Positions 24,547-37,870 of a stretch of 64,000 bases of DNA are shown one piece after another (positions within the stretch are counted from its first letter, which is position 1; every line of letters begins with the position of its first letter). Both the position numbers and the translations under genes were made by a program. The notes below the pieces were generated by a model. The model made no database searches and was not told where the DNA came from. It saw only the letters and a program-made list of their open reading frames with translations. The stretch spans positions 1 to 64,000 of the forward strand of contig JYFJ02001156.1 of the NCBI GenBank assembly GCA_000934665.2. The letters run 5' to 3'. The DNA is from Catajapyx aquilonaris. Its lineage: Eukaryota.

Positions 24547-27500
24547 TTAGTGAATAGAACCAGTCGTCGAGACCCAAACGTTATCTCTGGACCATTTGAT
24601 CATCGTCTCCGGAGATCTATATAAAAAGAGAAGCTGAGCGAACAAGTCCTCCTCCAGGAAGAAGTCGCGGCTTTCTCTCACCAAGTATATGTCCAGACAC
24701 AACTGAAATCACACACACAATATTTTTAAAGAGTCAGTAAATTTTTATACATTATATAAAAACAGATTTTTTTTTTACCTGTAATATTCTGTCAACGTTC
24801 GGCATGTCTCGGTACATAATTATGGGCGAGATGTTGAAGAACATTCTTCTCACCACATTGCCAATGACGAGCACGAAGGTGGTGTACAATCCAATAATTC
24901 TGAGGGGGGAAATGTGCAAGGTGTTTTAACACAACATGCACTATGCTTGCAGTGGCATATCGAGAAGAGCCGACATGACTTGTTGTCAGCGACATTTCAG
25001 CCTTTTTTCTCACCCTTGTCGCGATATGATGTCGAGGGAGCTCCAGATCATCTTCTCGCTGAAGACGAACAAGTCCAGCCCCTCGTCGCAGTCGGCCTTC
25101 CATGAGGTGCAATCGCTCTTGATGTGCCACCATCTGACGTGTTGCTTCATGTGCATCTCGATTCTGATCGGGGCGAAGGCTCCATCCTGCTCCTTATCCC
25201 TCAGGGACTTGGCCGGGTTCACGTCCCCGTACTGGGTCACCTGGATCGCCCTCGGGAACAGGGTGTCGAATTTCAAGGACAGTCTGATGGCCCCGTTCCC
25301 CGTTGTGTCCAGGATCCTGGCCAGGGCCACCCTGTCCGGGTTGCGGGTCACCCCGTCGCCAGAGTAGGCCGGAACGACGGTCACCCTCTGGTCGAAGAAC
25401 TCCTCCGTCACGTTCTCGCTGTCGCTCTTCTTCGCCTTCCGACGGGCGACCCTGAACGTCAGCTCCAGTCGCACATCGTCGTCTGCAATGGTCAAATTAA
25501 GGGAGCACTTTGCTGACACTTCATAGCTTGCTAAAAATTGCAGAGAAAGTTGCAAAACTAGATTGCGATGACCGGTTGTAAGTCAGTGCTGTAATGTCGC
25601 AAAGTCATAACCTGTTAACGCAATAATAGGATAATACTATCAGCACAGTTTACTGGATTGTACAGCGTGTATCCTAACTAATCAGAGCCACCCATGCGAC
25701 TCGGCTGTTCAACGGGTTGTCTCACTTACAGGCTGAAGTGTCGACTCGCTCTGCAGGCAAATCAAAGCCTGGGAGTCCTTGCTTCATGTAAACGTCTGTA
25801 TAACTGACTGTTAGAACATGCTTAGGTATAAAAACCCCTCTTTACATAACGCAAACCATTCAGTGTGTGCCTGTCAGGATCCATCAGGATTGGGCTGATT
25901 TGCGCAGAAAGAATAGGGCCACCCAACCACTGAAAAACTCACCGGAAGCGATCCACTCCTTCAGATTGTCCATGGAAGGAGGCGATATGTTCCAGGTGGA
26001 CATGGAGCTTCCGTTCATCTTGACCATCACCACGTTGTGGTTGTCGAACCTGGACAGGAAAGTGCGCATGATCTCGTAGTACGACCTGTCTCTCTGCCTC
26101 TCCCACTGCTCCGGGACCAATCTGGAAAGCACAGAGCGAACAATATGGTATACGAATTGGTTGGTGCATGAACTTACTCTTTGATGTCTTCTTGATGCGC
26201 GGCTAAGTGGAAGAAGGGCGCGAAGCCTTCGAAGGCCAGCTCAGTTTTGACAGCCACTGGCGGGTTGGCCACGCTGACTGTGGCGCCTATGGTGTAGAAG
26301 CCCAAGGGAAACCAGACGATCCCAAGCAGGAGAAACAAGAGGCCGCATCCAACGAAGACCTTGTTCTTCTTCTTCTTCTTCTGGCCCACAAATTGCGGGA
26401 AGTTGTGCTCGTAGATGCGAAAGCACTGTCACACGAAAAGTTTATTTTACTTGACGACACGTAAAAAAAAATGCAATCGTTAACAAGCAGCACTGATTGC
26501 AGCAAGTGCGTTTACCTTGAGCTCAAAAGTCCTTGCGAAAATGTCCTCAACTTTGAGCCAGTCGAATATGCTCATGGAGGTGTCGGTCATGATCCAGTCC
26601 ATAAGTGCTCGCAGCTCATACAGAAGAGGGATCAGCATGAAACTGCGGATGTGGAAGTTTTTGAATGACTCTGCACAAGTCTGCCCACACTTTTTTTTTC
26701 TCTCTTACCATTTGAAGAGTATCATGTGCAGTATGGTGTAATGCTTGCAGATGAAGTTGCCCAGAATCCGAGTCGGGTATCCGGCCCGGATCTGAATCGC
26801 CGAGAGCAGGAAGTAGATGCACTTGATGAAATACCACACCCGAGGTGCAAACTGCGACCTGAACGACCTGTCCAAAAAAAAAATTGGGGCAAAAATTGCA
26901 AAAAAAAAACAAGCAAACAATGAGAGCAGAAAGAGTGCGTACTTTCCTGTGAGGTATGGCATGGCCACGAAGATGTAACCGTGGACCACGGTGATGCTGA
27001 GGAGCTGAAACACCAGCTTGCCCCTGATGAACTTTCTCAGGTAAATGGCTCTGTCCACCATGATCAGGAAGAACTGAACCAGGAGGAACACTAGGAAGTT
27101 CAGGGGCACTCGGTTCTCCTTTATGTACGACTGCACTTCCCCTTGGCCCTTTAACGAAAAAGGTGCATTATTGTAACACACCAATTGCTCAGGCCCGCAA
27201 TGGAACTCACCCCGAAGGAAGAGAACCAGAAGAGGATGATGAGGAAGTTGATGAAGTCGCAGAAGAACATTGGCGAGTACACGTCCGCGCCGCTCTTCAG
27301 CTCCGGATGCAGCAGATTCCTGAAGAAGTTCTTCATCTCCTTCACACCTCGAACTGACCTGCGCATTAATCATGGAGAGGGTCATTTGTCCGCCTCGAAA
27401 GTGTTTTCGGTACACACCCACCTTGTCCCTATCTGCGATCCGACCTCGATGACTTGAGCTGCGAACCTCCTGATGATCAGGAAGACGGATGCTGCTGGGC

Positions 27501-30500
27501 CTCGGTGCATGGTCGTGGTTGCAGGGTTGCTGACAGGGTAACCCTTGTGCTCTGGCCTGCGTCGAATCCCGGTCATGCTGCTGTCCTCTGTGTCGGGCGG
27601 AGACGGTTCTCCAGCAGGAGGGGTTGGAAGCATTGTGGTGGTGCTTCCAGCAGCCGTTATCCATGAATCTGAGGATTCGTGCGGTGATGCCCTGTTGATC
27701 GGAGACAGAATGGTGAAGGATGACCTGCTTTGGGTGACTGGAGTGTCTTGCTTGGATCTCTCTGGAGTTGTTTTAGCCGAGGGTGCAGACATGGCCCTCT
27801 GGGGAACCACGGCTTTGCTCCCTGGCGACGGGGTCCTCTTGGGCGAAGGTGTCCTGCTGGCTGAGGACTTGCGGGAGCCAGGACGGCGGAGGTAGCCCAG
27901 AAAGGGAGAGATCCGACGTCGCTTATTGCTCGTACGCTTCGGCTGCTCCTGCAGGGCGTCCACGAACTTCATGTCGTGCTTTACCTCCCACTGGCCCAGG
28001 GATCGAAGGATGTGCCTGTATGCAGAAGCCATAGCTCAGCGTAGCTCATGGACAGGTGCACGCCCTCGCGATTTGAGCCTCGGTCGCACGACCAGACGGT
28101 TTGCGACAGACAAAAACTGTACTGTAAGTCCGGTCGGAAAGCGTCATGGTCGTGCGACCGAGGCTCAAATCGCGAGAGCGTAAACAGGCCTTTAAGGCCG
28201 CTTCACAAACTCGGCGTTGCGAAAGCGTGGCGTGTGGGTCTTACGCTCATCGCACGCAGAAAGTCCACCCGATTGGACGCCAGCGCAACGCCCGCGCTCG
28301 GTCATCGCACGCAGCATTCGTGAATAGCCCTTCGCAAATTTTCCGCTCTCCGTACGCCCCGCTCGCGCAAATCCGGGTTTGTAAAACGGGCATTTCGCCC
28401 CGCTTTCGCAACGCCGAGTTTGTGAAGCGGCCTTTACGTCTACTAACCGGTGTGCGAAGACTGCAATGAGAAGCACCAGGTCGTAGACTGAGCTGCTGAG
28501 TTCGGTGTCTTTCTCGTCCGTGGCGTAGAACCTGAGAGCCAGCATGTCCTTCACCTCATCGGGCACGAACTGGAGCTTGAGAAGGCACTTGATCAGCACG
28601 ATGAAGTCCGTGTAGGTGATGACCGTGACCCAGAAGGTCCTTCCTGGTCTGGGCACGGCCAGGGAGCCCCAGAAGAAGACCAGCAATGGGAGTGGGAGGG
28701 AGAGGAGGTTGGCAGATATGATGTGGTTCAGGAAGATCATCAGGTAGCAGAGGAGCTCGGTGTGGGACATCACCAGGCACCACAAGCCTTTGCCCAGGGA
28801 CACCAGCAGGTGCTTCTCGTCCATGGTTGAATACTCTTCTTTGCTGCAAAAAAATAGTTAGGCTATAACGTTGAAATGGGGCCTATATAAGAGACAGGTG
28901 AAGTTTCAGATACCTCTTGGTCATCGCTGCTCTTCGCCAACGAGTCGCTGCGGCACAGGTTCCCTTCTTCGGAAATTCGGTCACAGAACATGAGTCCAGT
29001 TGCGTCGGAGAGCTGCTTTCCACTGCCAACCGCACTACCCGTCTGACTCTGAAAAACTGGGCGTCAGCATCATCTCTGTCGTCCTTAACAACAGCAACAA
29101 AAAAAGAAGAAGCTGCGACTATGTGACTGATAAGATTTGGAGTTGCGGCTTTTTTCTCCCCTCATATAGAGACCTGACTTTTCTAGAAGCGCTTACGGTC
29201 TGTCTAAGGCGTCGATTTTGGACAGGGACGTGCTGACGGCTTCCTCGAGGTCCTTCTCAAGGGTGTTCCTCCTCATCCTGTTCTCCTTCCACTTGCGCAT
29301 CTCCTCGGCCAGAAACTTGGACACGTACCTGTAGCTGGCGGACAGGTGGTACAGCCAGTTGGTCAGTCCTATCCCGACGCTGATCACCATCTCGAGCACG
29401 AACACCGCAAGTTGTTTCAACGATTCCTTCCGTTGAGCTGCGGGTTCATCCATGTCATATCAATAAGCCAAAATGATGCAAGGCAAATGAGAGCGGTCTT
29501 ACCCCAAGTTTTTTTCCCTGACGGTGGCTTGGGGCCTCGAGGGATATTCAGCGCCGTAATGTCCAGGTCCTCCTGGGTCATGGCCGTCTCGTACCTGGAG
29601 ACGGGGATCAGCATCTGCAGGCTCCACTTGCACCACATGCTGCGGGTGTTGGATCGTCGTCTCCTCAGTACGCCACCGACGCCTCTGGCTTGTCTTGCCA
29701 GCATGTTCGCCGTTTTGATGTTCGTCTTCGCAGCAGCACGTATCAACTGGGAGGTTTACAAAAAAAACGGTGGCAAGTGCATGTTCACATATTAATTGAC
29801 AGCGTGGTTCTCACCTCTCCCAGCTGGTATCCTGCAATGGGCACCACTTCCGTGAACCCTTCCTCGTCAAACATGTCGTTGATCGTGGAGGCCGGGTCGT
29901 CTTCGAACATGTGGTAGTCTCCGGAGCGAGTGACTGCAAAGCAGGAAGAATATTCAGATGCGGAAAATAAACTGAATAAAAAGGCGCCGTCTAACCGTCT
30001 TCGTGGATTTCCGTCCGCTGAGCCACGAATGTCCTCCGGTTCTTCTGCTTCAGTTGCGTCATCTTCTCCTTCAGCTTCAGAAGAATCTTCCGCTCCAGCT
30101 CCTGCTCCTCCTGAATCGAAGCCTGAACCAGCTCGTCGTACAGGATGGCTCCGCTGAAAAGTGCAAAGTTGGACAACTTCTCTCATTATAGTCTCCCAGG
30201 GACGAATCAAAGTCCGGAAGAGAGACCTGTTGGCAAAGACGGCCTCGGCTTTGGCGTTTTCGACCACGTGGTAGATGTAGTAGCTGCTGAGGATGCGCCG
30301 GCAGAAGATGAGGAACCAGAAGGACAGGGCGTCCCAGAACATGGCGCTCACGTCCTCCGGGGTCATGCACGATTTGCTCCTAGCTGCGGAGGGCAACAAA
30401 TCAACGGGAGCACAGTGCTCAGCTGAATCAAGATTAAGCCGCCTCACCATCGGGCGTCTCGTGGCGAAACTGCAAGGTGCTTATGTCCAATAGACAAGTG

Positions 30501-33500
30501 ATCCCGATGGTCTGGAATGCCCAGCAGATCCGGCTATGGTTGATGTACAGGCATCCGATCAGGTGCAGGCAGGTCTTGCAGCCGATGACCACCACGTTGT
30601 AGGTCAGCAGTCCGTTCCACCACCGGATCATTTGGGACCTGGTCATCAGGTAGAAGTCCGTTCCGCGCCAGAGGAACATGAAGCTGCAGAAGAGGTAGCC
30701 CAGGGCGAAGACGTTGACGCTGAAGGTGCCGGCCATGTACACGATGGCCAGGGTCACCCAGTAGAAGGAGATGAACACGACTCGCTTGAGGCTGTCCAGC
30801 CAGGACTTCTGGTAGGTCATGAAGTCGCTGACAGGGGTGTCCCAGGGGTCGCACACGTCCGCGGCGATTGGCACGTTGTCGCCTCCAGGGTAGCCGTTGG
30901 GCACCGGCTGTCGGCGGAACACATCCTGCTGGTGACAGGCCAGGGCCAGGAGGAATACGTCGAACATCATCAGCCATGGGTCCAGGGATTCCGGATTGCA
31001 GTCCGGGAGGACCAACCAACGCTGCAGAACAGGGTCCAGCGACCACGGGTACACTGCAGCCGCACAGTAAATCCAGTTCAGCACAAACGACACTTGATGT
31101 CAAAAAGGATTAAACTCACGTTTGCAATGGGTGAGAGGAAGCCCCATGCACATGATGTACTGCATGAGCGTGATTACTGCTACGCATAGCATGAAGAAGG
31201 GCCATACTGTGGACAGGGTGTGTCTCTGCAGAAGGAACATGCCTACCAGCCAGCCAGAGTAGATCACCGCCACGATGTCCATCCGATTGGCGATAACCAC
31301 CACCAACCATCCCAGAGTCACCTAGTCACCAGTTTCAGTTTAACGATAGTGATCACATGTGGTGCTCAGCAGTTTACACACCTCGACTCCGAACCGGTAG
31401 AAGATGTAGTTGGCAAAATACTTGATGGCCCCGACGAGTCCGGTGTCCAGATCCTCGTAGGTGACCCCATGGAAGTAGGTGCCGGTCGGGAGCACTGGTG
31501 CGTTCGGGTACTTGATCCTGGTGAAGTACTGGTGCAGGCTGACCACCACGTGGATGGTGGTGACCACCACCACGGCAATGTTCCACTGCACGTACGAGGT
31601 CAGCTTTTCCTCCTTGCTCAGACCGATCCACTCCAACACAGTCGGCCTGCCCTTACGCAAATTCTGCGACGAGAAATAATTGTTACGAAACTCTTGCAAA
31701 AGGCAATAAATATATGAAATCGCACGTTTTGTGGCAGAAAGATCCTGTCCGCCACTGGACGTGACGACACTGACATGTTGGCGTCATCCGACAAGTACCG
31801 GTCAAAATAATTGTCCTGGAACGAAAACCAGACAATAATAAGTCTGTGCCATGCAGTGTAAGCCAGTCTGCACACTTACAAGCAAGTCCGGAGTGATGAA
31901 CTGGATCTGGAAGATCATCTTGGAGAGAAGCACGACGGAGGTGATCACGGACATGAAGAAGACGATGACCTCTTTGACGGCGGTGTTCGAGGGCAGACCC
32001 ATCACCACCATGACCATGAAGACCATGTTGATGGCGCAGACTTCCTTCAGGGAGGTCACAGCCGCGATCAGGAAGACAATGTCCAGGCTGTGGATCTCCA
32101 GGAACCTCCATATCAGGGCCTGGACCAGCTCCACAGCATCTTGCAGCTGCTTCCACTCGGACGTCCTCTCGGAAATGTCCGAAAGGCCGGCACCACCAGC
32201 AATGGGCTTGTCCGCCTCCCTGCCTCGGGACAACGGCTCGTGAACCACGACCTCGGTCACCTTGTCCGTTTCATCCTCCTCGGACGTCGCCTTCAGAAGC
32301 GCAATGTCCATCTTGCAGCTGAAACATGTCGGATCATCTAACAGACCACAGGCAACACAGGGCTCGAGACGGACTTACTTCTGCAGGATGTCGTATGTGT
32401 TCAAGAAGTCCTGGTGGAAGTACTGCAGCTGTATGACCGCGAATATCAGGAAGAGCGTAGGAGGCAGCAGGCGCACCAGCAATGTACCAGCTTCGCCGTA
32501 CACCTCCAGACCTATGTCGTTTTGTCTGCCAATAAAATCTGCAGGATAAGCCCCCCAAAAAAACAACACATACAGCACAAAAAGGCAAGAACCGGGCTCA
32601 CAGTTCGGCAGGGATGCCCATGTCGACCCAGTACCCTGGAAAGTTGTCGAACTGGTAGGTGTAAATGGCCACCAGGACGAACATGGAGTAGAAGATGACC
32701 ACTATCCAGAAGGAGTACATGATGCTGGTCCACAATCGGTACGACACCTGACGCAAAAGACACGCGAATCAGTCTCTCCAGAGAAAGCTTCCAAATTAAA
32801 ACAAACCTGGAAGGTGAGTATGAAGAGGAGGAAGAGCGCCGTGTACACGATCCTGTAGATGGCCACCTTCTCTCCGGTCAGACCCACAGCGAAGAGAGTG
32901 ACGGACACCACCCAGATCCAGGACTTGCGGAGGAAGTCCCTGAAGCTCAGCTCCACGTTGATGTTCCATCGCTGCATGGTCAGTCTGAACTCTCTCGACA
33001 GGTTGCTGTACATGCTCTTGGACCTAACTGAGCTGACGTTTTCGTCGCGATTCTTCTCCAGCTCCTCGATCTCCTTGTATCTCTGTCGCAGGGTCAGCCA
33101 AAAGATGCTGCTGAACAAACTCTGGAAAGGTAATTAATGGTATGGGCATCGCTAGTCAAACGGGGTGAGGGATGGTCAAGGTTGGCAATTACGAGTAAAA
33201 TTCGCTGCAGGACGCACTCTTGTCCCCCCCAAAAAAGGCGGTGGCACAATCTCACCCCACCTGGCACAATCTCACCCCAATTGACGGGTATATTAAACCA
33301 AGAGACCTGGACGGCTAGAGGCGCTCCGGGATGAACCTCGTATCTGACAAGTCCGAACTGCTTCATGTTCCAGCCCTTCATCCGGACTGGAAGCTCGTCG
33401 TCGTTCAGGTCCAGGTTGAATACGTACTGGGCGATGAGAAGAAGGGTGCTGTACACCACCAGAAGAGGGGACATCTTGAGCAGGATGCCCCTCCTGTCCG

Positions 33501-36143
33501 GAAGCATGAAGAGCACGCAGGCTCCAACTAGGAAGATGAAGGTCAGCCAGCTGTGGTACGTGATGCTCCAGAGCATCATGCCTATGTTGGTGGCCAGGTA
33601 CGATATGTTGGCGATCATGTGCCAGGTCGCGCTCAGGATCGGGAGGATCACTGTGTGCCACCTGGATTCAGACGTGGTCTCTTCCAGGGAGTCTTTCTCG
33701 TGGATGACGTCCAGACTCTGCTGGATTATGGTGACCGAGACTTTCGGGTACCCGTCGTCGTCGTCGTCGTCGGGGATCTCGTCGTCGTGGGCGAACTCGG
33801 CCGACGACACCATGGACACGTACAGACAGAGGAGGGAGAAGGGCAGGGACAGGAAGCCCCATTCGATGCCCTCTGATATGGTCAGGTCAGAAGGGTCCAT
33901 GCAGCTAGCACCAAAGACCAGCCGAAGACCCAGCAACCTGAGATCAGACGGATGTTAATTTCGGGGGACGAACTGGCCCGATCCGGGCACGTTCTTTTCC
34001 CCTCATGTACCTGGCTCCCAAGGATTCAACCGGCATGGTATTGGCGATGCTGGGCTGCTGGTACAGGAAGATGACCAGGACGTGCATCGCAGGGTACAAG
34101 AAGGCGGAGCGACACAACAACGTGAACCCTCTGCCTATGCTCTTGTTGCAGGCCAGCCACAGGCAGGTGGACAGGAACATGATGAAGTACGGTGTGGCCA
34201 GCAGGGACGGAACCACGTACCCGGACAAGCCCAGAAGCAGGATGGTGCAGAACTTTCCTGATTTATATTTTTAAAAAGTTAGCATCCTTCGTACTGGACT
34301 GTTTCACGACACTTTTTACAATCTTGTCATGGACGTACCTGCGGCAGCCGGAGATAACTTGGTCTTCTCCTCCAGGTACTCGAAGACGTCGCTCCTTCTG
34401 GACGACGTGTCACAGCTGGCCTCGCTGGCGTCCGTGGATGGCTGTGTTTGGGCAGCGTTTTCGGCCATGATCCGGATGGTGTTGGCGTAGACCAGTACGG
34501 CCATGTCCGGTACCACCCACTTCAGGGCTTGGTAGCTCAGCTTCTGCATTCGCACGAAACCCAGGTGCCAGTATATCATCTCCTTCTCTTCGCCTAGATT
34601 AAATCGCACACCGTAGTACAACTGACCTCAGTATTGTCCATTAAAATAATGTACATTGAACTTACAGGTCTCGTACAAGTTGGAAGATGGCTCCAGCAAG
34701 AATGTGACCACCTGGAAGCTTCCTTGGCACATTATGTTCACCATGCTCACTACGATGCTCCAGTTCAGGTACCTTGCGGTTTTTCCTGAATAATTGTGAA
34801 TTACGTCAAAAAAATGTTTCATTTCTGCCCTAGAGATGCACATTTTATTGGTATAATACCTTCCATGTTCATTTTGTCAACTATTTTTGACAATTACGTC
34901 TAGTTGTGAGTCACTTGGTTCAGAAATATTACCCCAACCTTTACAACACAAAGTGAGTAATATCGTACACAAATATAACTGACGAACGTTAAGCATATAG
35001 CCTACAGTATGTGCTGCAAAATCAATATTTTTGATAACTACCCAGACATTGACATAGTGATTTTGACCGGATAGGCCTAATAACCATAAAACATTTCCTG
35101 TTGAAGAGAGCTTGCTTACCTTTCATGGTGTCTTTGTCCACGGCAGGCACAAACGGTGACATGAATACAAGCAGCAAATATGGAATTGTCAGGGCATTTT
35201 GTCGAATGGAAGCGCCTGGAAGAAAAATGTAAACAAAATACCATTTGCAGTGTCCGGCAACTAATGGTATAATAAATGGCCACATCATATTCTCCCAAGG
35301 TAATAATACCGTGGACATTAGCTCATTGGCAAGTCAGGATGTTACACCAGAAGGGGGCTATTGAGTTGCAAATATCAATTATGATGTTCTAGTACAGTTC
35401 CATGCATTACAACAAGCTAAATCATTTGTCGATGTCATTGTGGACACCAACATTCAATTGATCTCTCATTATGAGTGCAACATGTATAACAATATTGGCA
35501 ACATATTCATTGGTCATTGAATATAATTTCGCAGTGTCAATCAGTCTGCATGAAAAAACATGGCATAATTACTACAGTTTGCTAAGTACTAATATTTCAA
35601 GCGAGTTCATATTCATCTCAAAAGCAACATTCGCAAACTTGTAGAACTACAAACACACGTACACTAGAGGTATATGTTGCACAGTGAAACTTGTCTATGA
35701 CAGACCTGGATTTAGTGGAAACTTGTCCATTGATTTAACTTTTCTTTGCTCGTATGTAGCAGAGAATATTTAAAGTACTTTGTCATACAAATCTGTTCAC
35801 TTCAGAACAGAACGGATTTGCTGTAACAGTTAGTCTTCAACTTTTATGCTATTGAAGGAACTCATTTTTCTCTACAAATCATTGCAAAACTCCTACAAAT
35901 AACAAATAACATACCGTTACGTTACCTTGCCTGATCCAGTATGAATCAACTCAAAATATCTTTGGAGAATACTCTGGACAAGCCCAATGGAGAAACTCCA
36001 GGGTTCCAAGGAACACAGGCTGAAGACTAATGCACACTAGACAGGTTTCAATGTAACAACAACTATTCATTTAGCTACTCACATGCTGTCAAGAGGATAG
36101 GGAGTCCAAACGAGATTAAGACACTATACACAGTGTGAGACAT
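24547..36143 (-). CDS. Piezo: Piezo-type mechanosensitive ion channel (divergent), ~2,500 aa, 31 coding exons
   Basis: Exons 36143-36083, 35215-35120, 34785-34666, 34593-34339, 34257-34011, 33937-33307, 33121-32807, 32747-32602, 32525-32379, 32318-31880, 31815-31726, 31663-31382, 31321-31120, 31053-30448, 30383-30227, 30153-29996, 29933-29815, 29746-29503, 29437-29197, ~29048-28914 (acceptor uncertain), 28843-28448, 28015-27422, 27358-27211, 27148-26943, 26867-26709, 26642-26516, 26425-26178, 26121-25943, 25482-25014, 24899-24779, 24702-24547; the frame stays open throughout. Hallmarks: [100 protein letters not shown]…[14 protein letters not shown]. Confidence 0.95.
28060..28191. mobile_element. 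Left-truncated fold-back MITE in a Piezo intron
   Basis: Inverted arms CTCGCGATTTGAGCCTCGGTCGCACGACCA (~28065-28094) and TGGTCGTGCGACCGAGGCTCAAATCGCGAG (~28147-28176). The right end reads …TAAACAGGCCT, then TTA. Confidence 0.65.
28195..28433. mobile_element. PIF/Harbinger (Tourist-like) MITE in a Piezo intron
   Basis: Perfect ~33-bp TIRs AGGCCGCTTCACAAACTCGGCGTTGCGAAAGCG and CGCTTTCGCAACGCCGAGTTTGTGAAGCGGCCT, with a 3-bp TTA TSD at 28192-28194 and 28434-28436. Confidence 0.88.
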
Positions 36144-37870
36144 ATCCTTATGCTCTCTACGACCTGGCAAAAACCAACATTAAAACATAAAACTCATCAA
36201 AACAACATAAACACCTATTGATTCTGAACAACAACATGGAACAACCACTTTTCTAGAACAATATCAACAATGCAACAATGACTCCTAGGTTTCCAGCAGA
36301 GAAACAATCTGTAATCAGAATTCCGGTTAGAATGAAAACTGTAAACATTATTTTGTTGCAAACTTCTTTTTTTATTTATTTTCTTGGAAGTATAGGCTTG
36401 CTGTAGTTTAGTTTCCACAACCTGCAACGATCCAGCAACGTGTATTTTGTCTGTTTTTTTGCCTTTTGTCGTTTTATTGATTCGGTGGTGAACAGTCAAC
36501 GCTGCTTCTGCCCAAGCTACGCTAATAAATCTTCACCCAGGCGGAAAAAAAAAAATTGTAAGCATTTGCAGCCAGCAAAAGATCCAGAAGTTCCAACAAG
36601 TTCAACTGCTGCTCAGTCTAGTAGCAATTTCTGAAGCTGGTCGAAAACGCAATGTTGTGATTCACTCTTTGGACCAAGGTTTTTTTTTAAATTTAGAACA
36701 CATGCTGTCGTTAATTTTTTTAACCATTGTAAAGCCACTGATGAGAAATGAATCACAACGTAACGACTAGCTTCATGTAACGTACAGCATCAAGTTTGGT
36801 TTACTGCTGAATGAAATGCTTGCAAGAGAGACGTGCTGGACTATTAAAAAATACAAATCCATGCAGGCTTGGTCTCCCGGACAGTCACCTGTGTGACTTG
36901 GCTCAATACCCGGCAATACAAAAAGGGACTGAAACGAGGCAATGGTCCATGATGGCAGAAGTACAAAGGGCGTATGAGGAAGAGAGGGGGATGAAAATGG
37001 TGTATATTAGAAGCAACCACAAAGAATACAGAGAAACATTTGTTACGTCATTACATTGCAGGCAAATATTATTGTACACCCGATAATAAGACTCTCTAAT
37101 TTCAATAATTTATATATCAAATTGACTCTCCACCTTCTTCGTATGCAAATGCATGATCCCACACTTTGAAATAGTCAGGCTCTATAGCTCAAAAAATGAA
37201 TAGAAATAAAATACAATAAAATAAGGGAAAAGTGGCTACCAGCCTAGGTCTATAGAATCACAATACACAGAAGTCTGCACCGCATTTCTCTGCTTCGTCT
37301 TGTCTCCTTCCAAGTCTCGATTATTACCTTTTTACAACGCTCTCTGTACAAAACACAGAGGCAGGACTTGATTCAGCCTTCGTGTTATTCCACTTGTGGG
37401 TGGAAGTTTCATATTTATTTTCTGTTCATTCTCTTTCGGTCCGCTCCAGCTGTACGCAAGGGCAGCAATCCTCTCTAGTTGGGGGTATGCCGCACCTCAT
37501 TTTCTCCCTCCTCAGCAATATAAAGCCAGCTGGTGGTCAGTTTGGCAGGTCACTGGACCCACGACACCGAAAGCATTTGACGTTTAAACTCTCTTTTTTT
37601 TTTTGGTTACCATTTGACTGGTGGTGTGTTTGTGTGTAGTGTGTTTTTTAAAATCTCTGTTGCAACATTTCTTATGTATAGGTACAGTATGTATAGATAT
37701 AGACCCCTGCACTAAGCAACGTTGGGTTCGCCTCACAGCGACTTTGCTCGGTCCCAGTGTTTTCCGACTGACTCGGGCAAAATTTGCACCACACTCAATT
37801 TATATATATATATTTATATTTATATATTTTTGGTCACCTCAGAGTTTTGGCAATCCTCTTTTTTTAAACT

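Noticed and set aside
24900..34500. Many long plus-strand ORFs (for example 30536-31189 and 33365-33958)
   Set aside because: They are antisense shadows of GC-rich Piezo exons and show no independent motifs.
24547..36143. Piezo as a pseudogene or several separate genes
   Set aside because: Fragmentation in the ORF track is explained by short GT-AG introns. The spliced frame is open, and the MITEs are intronic.
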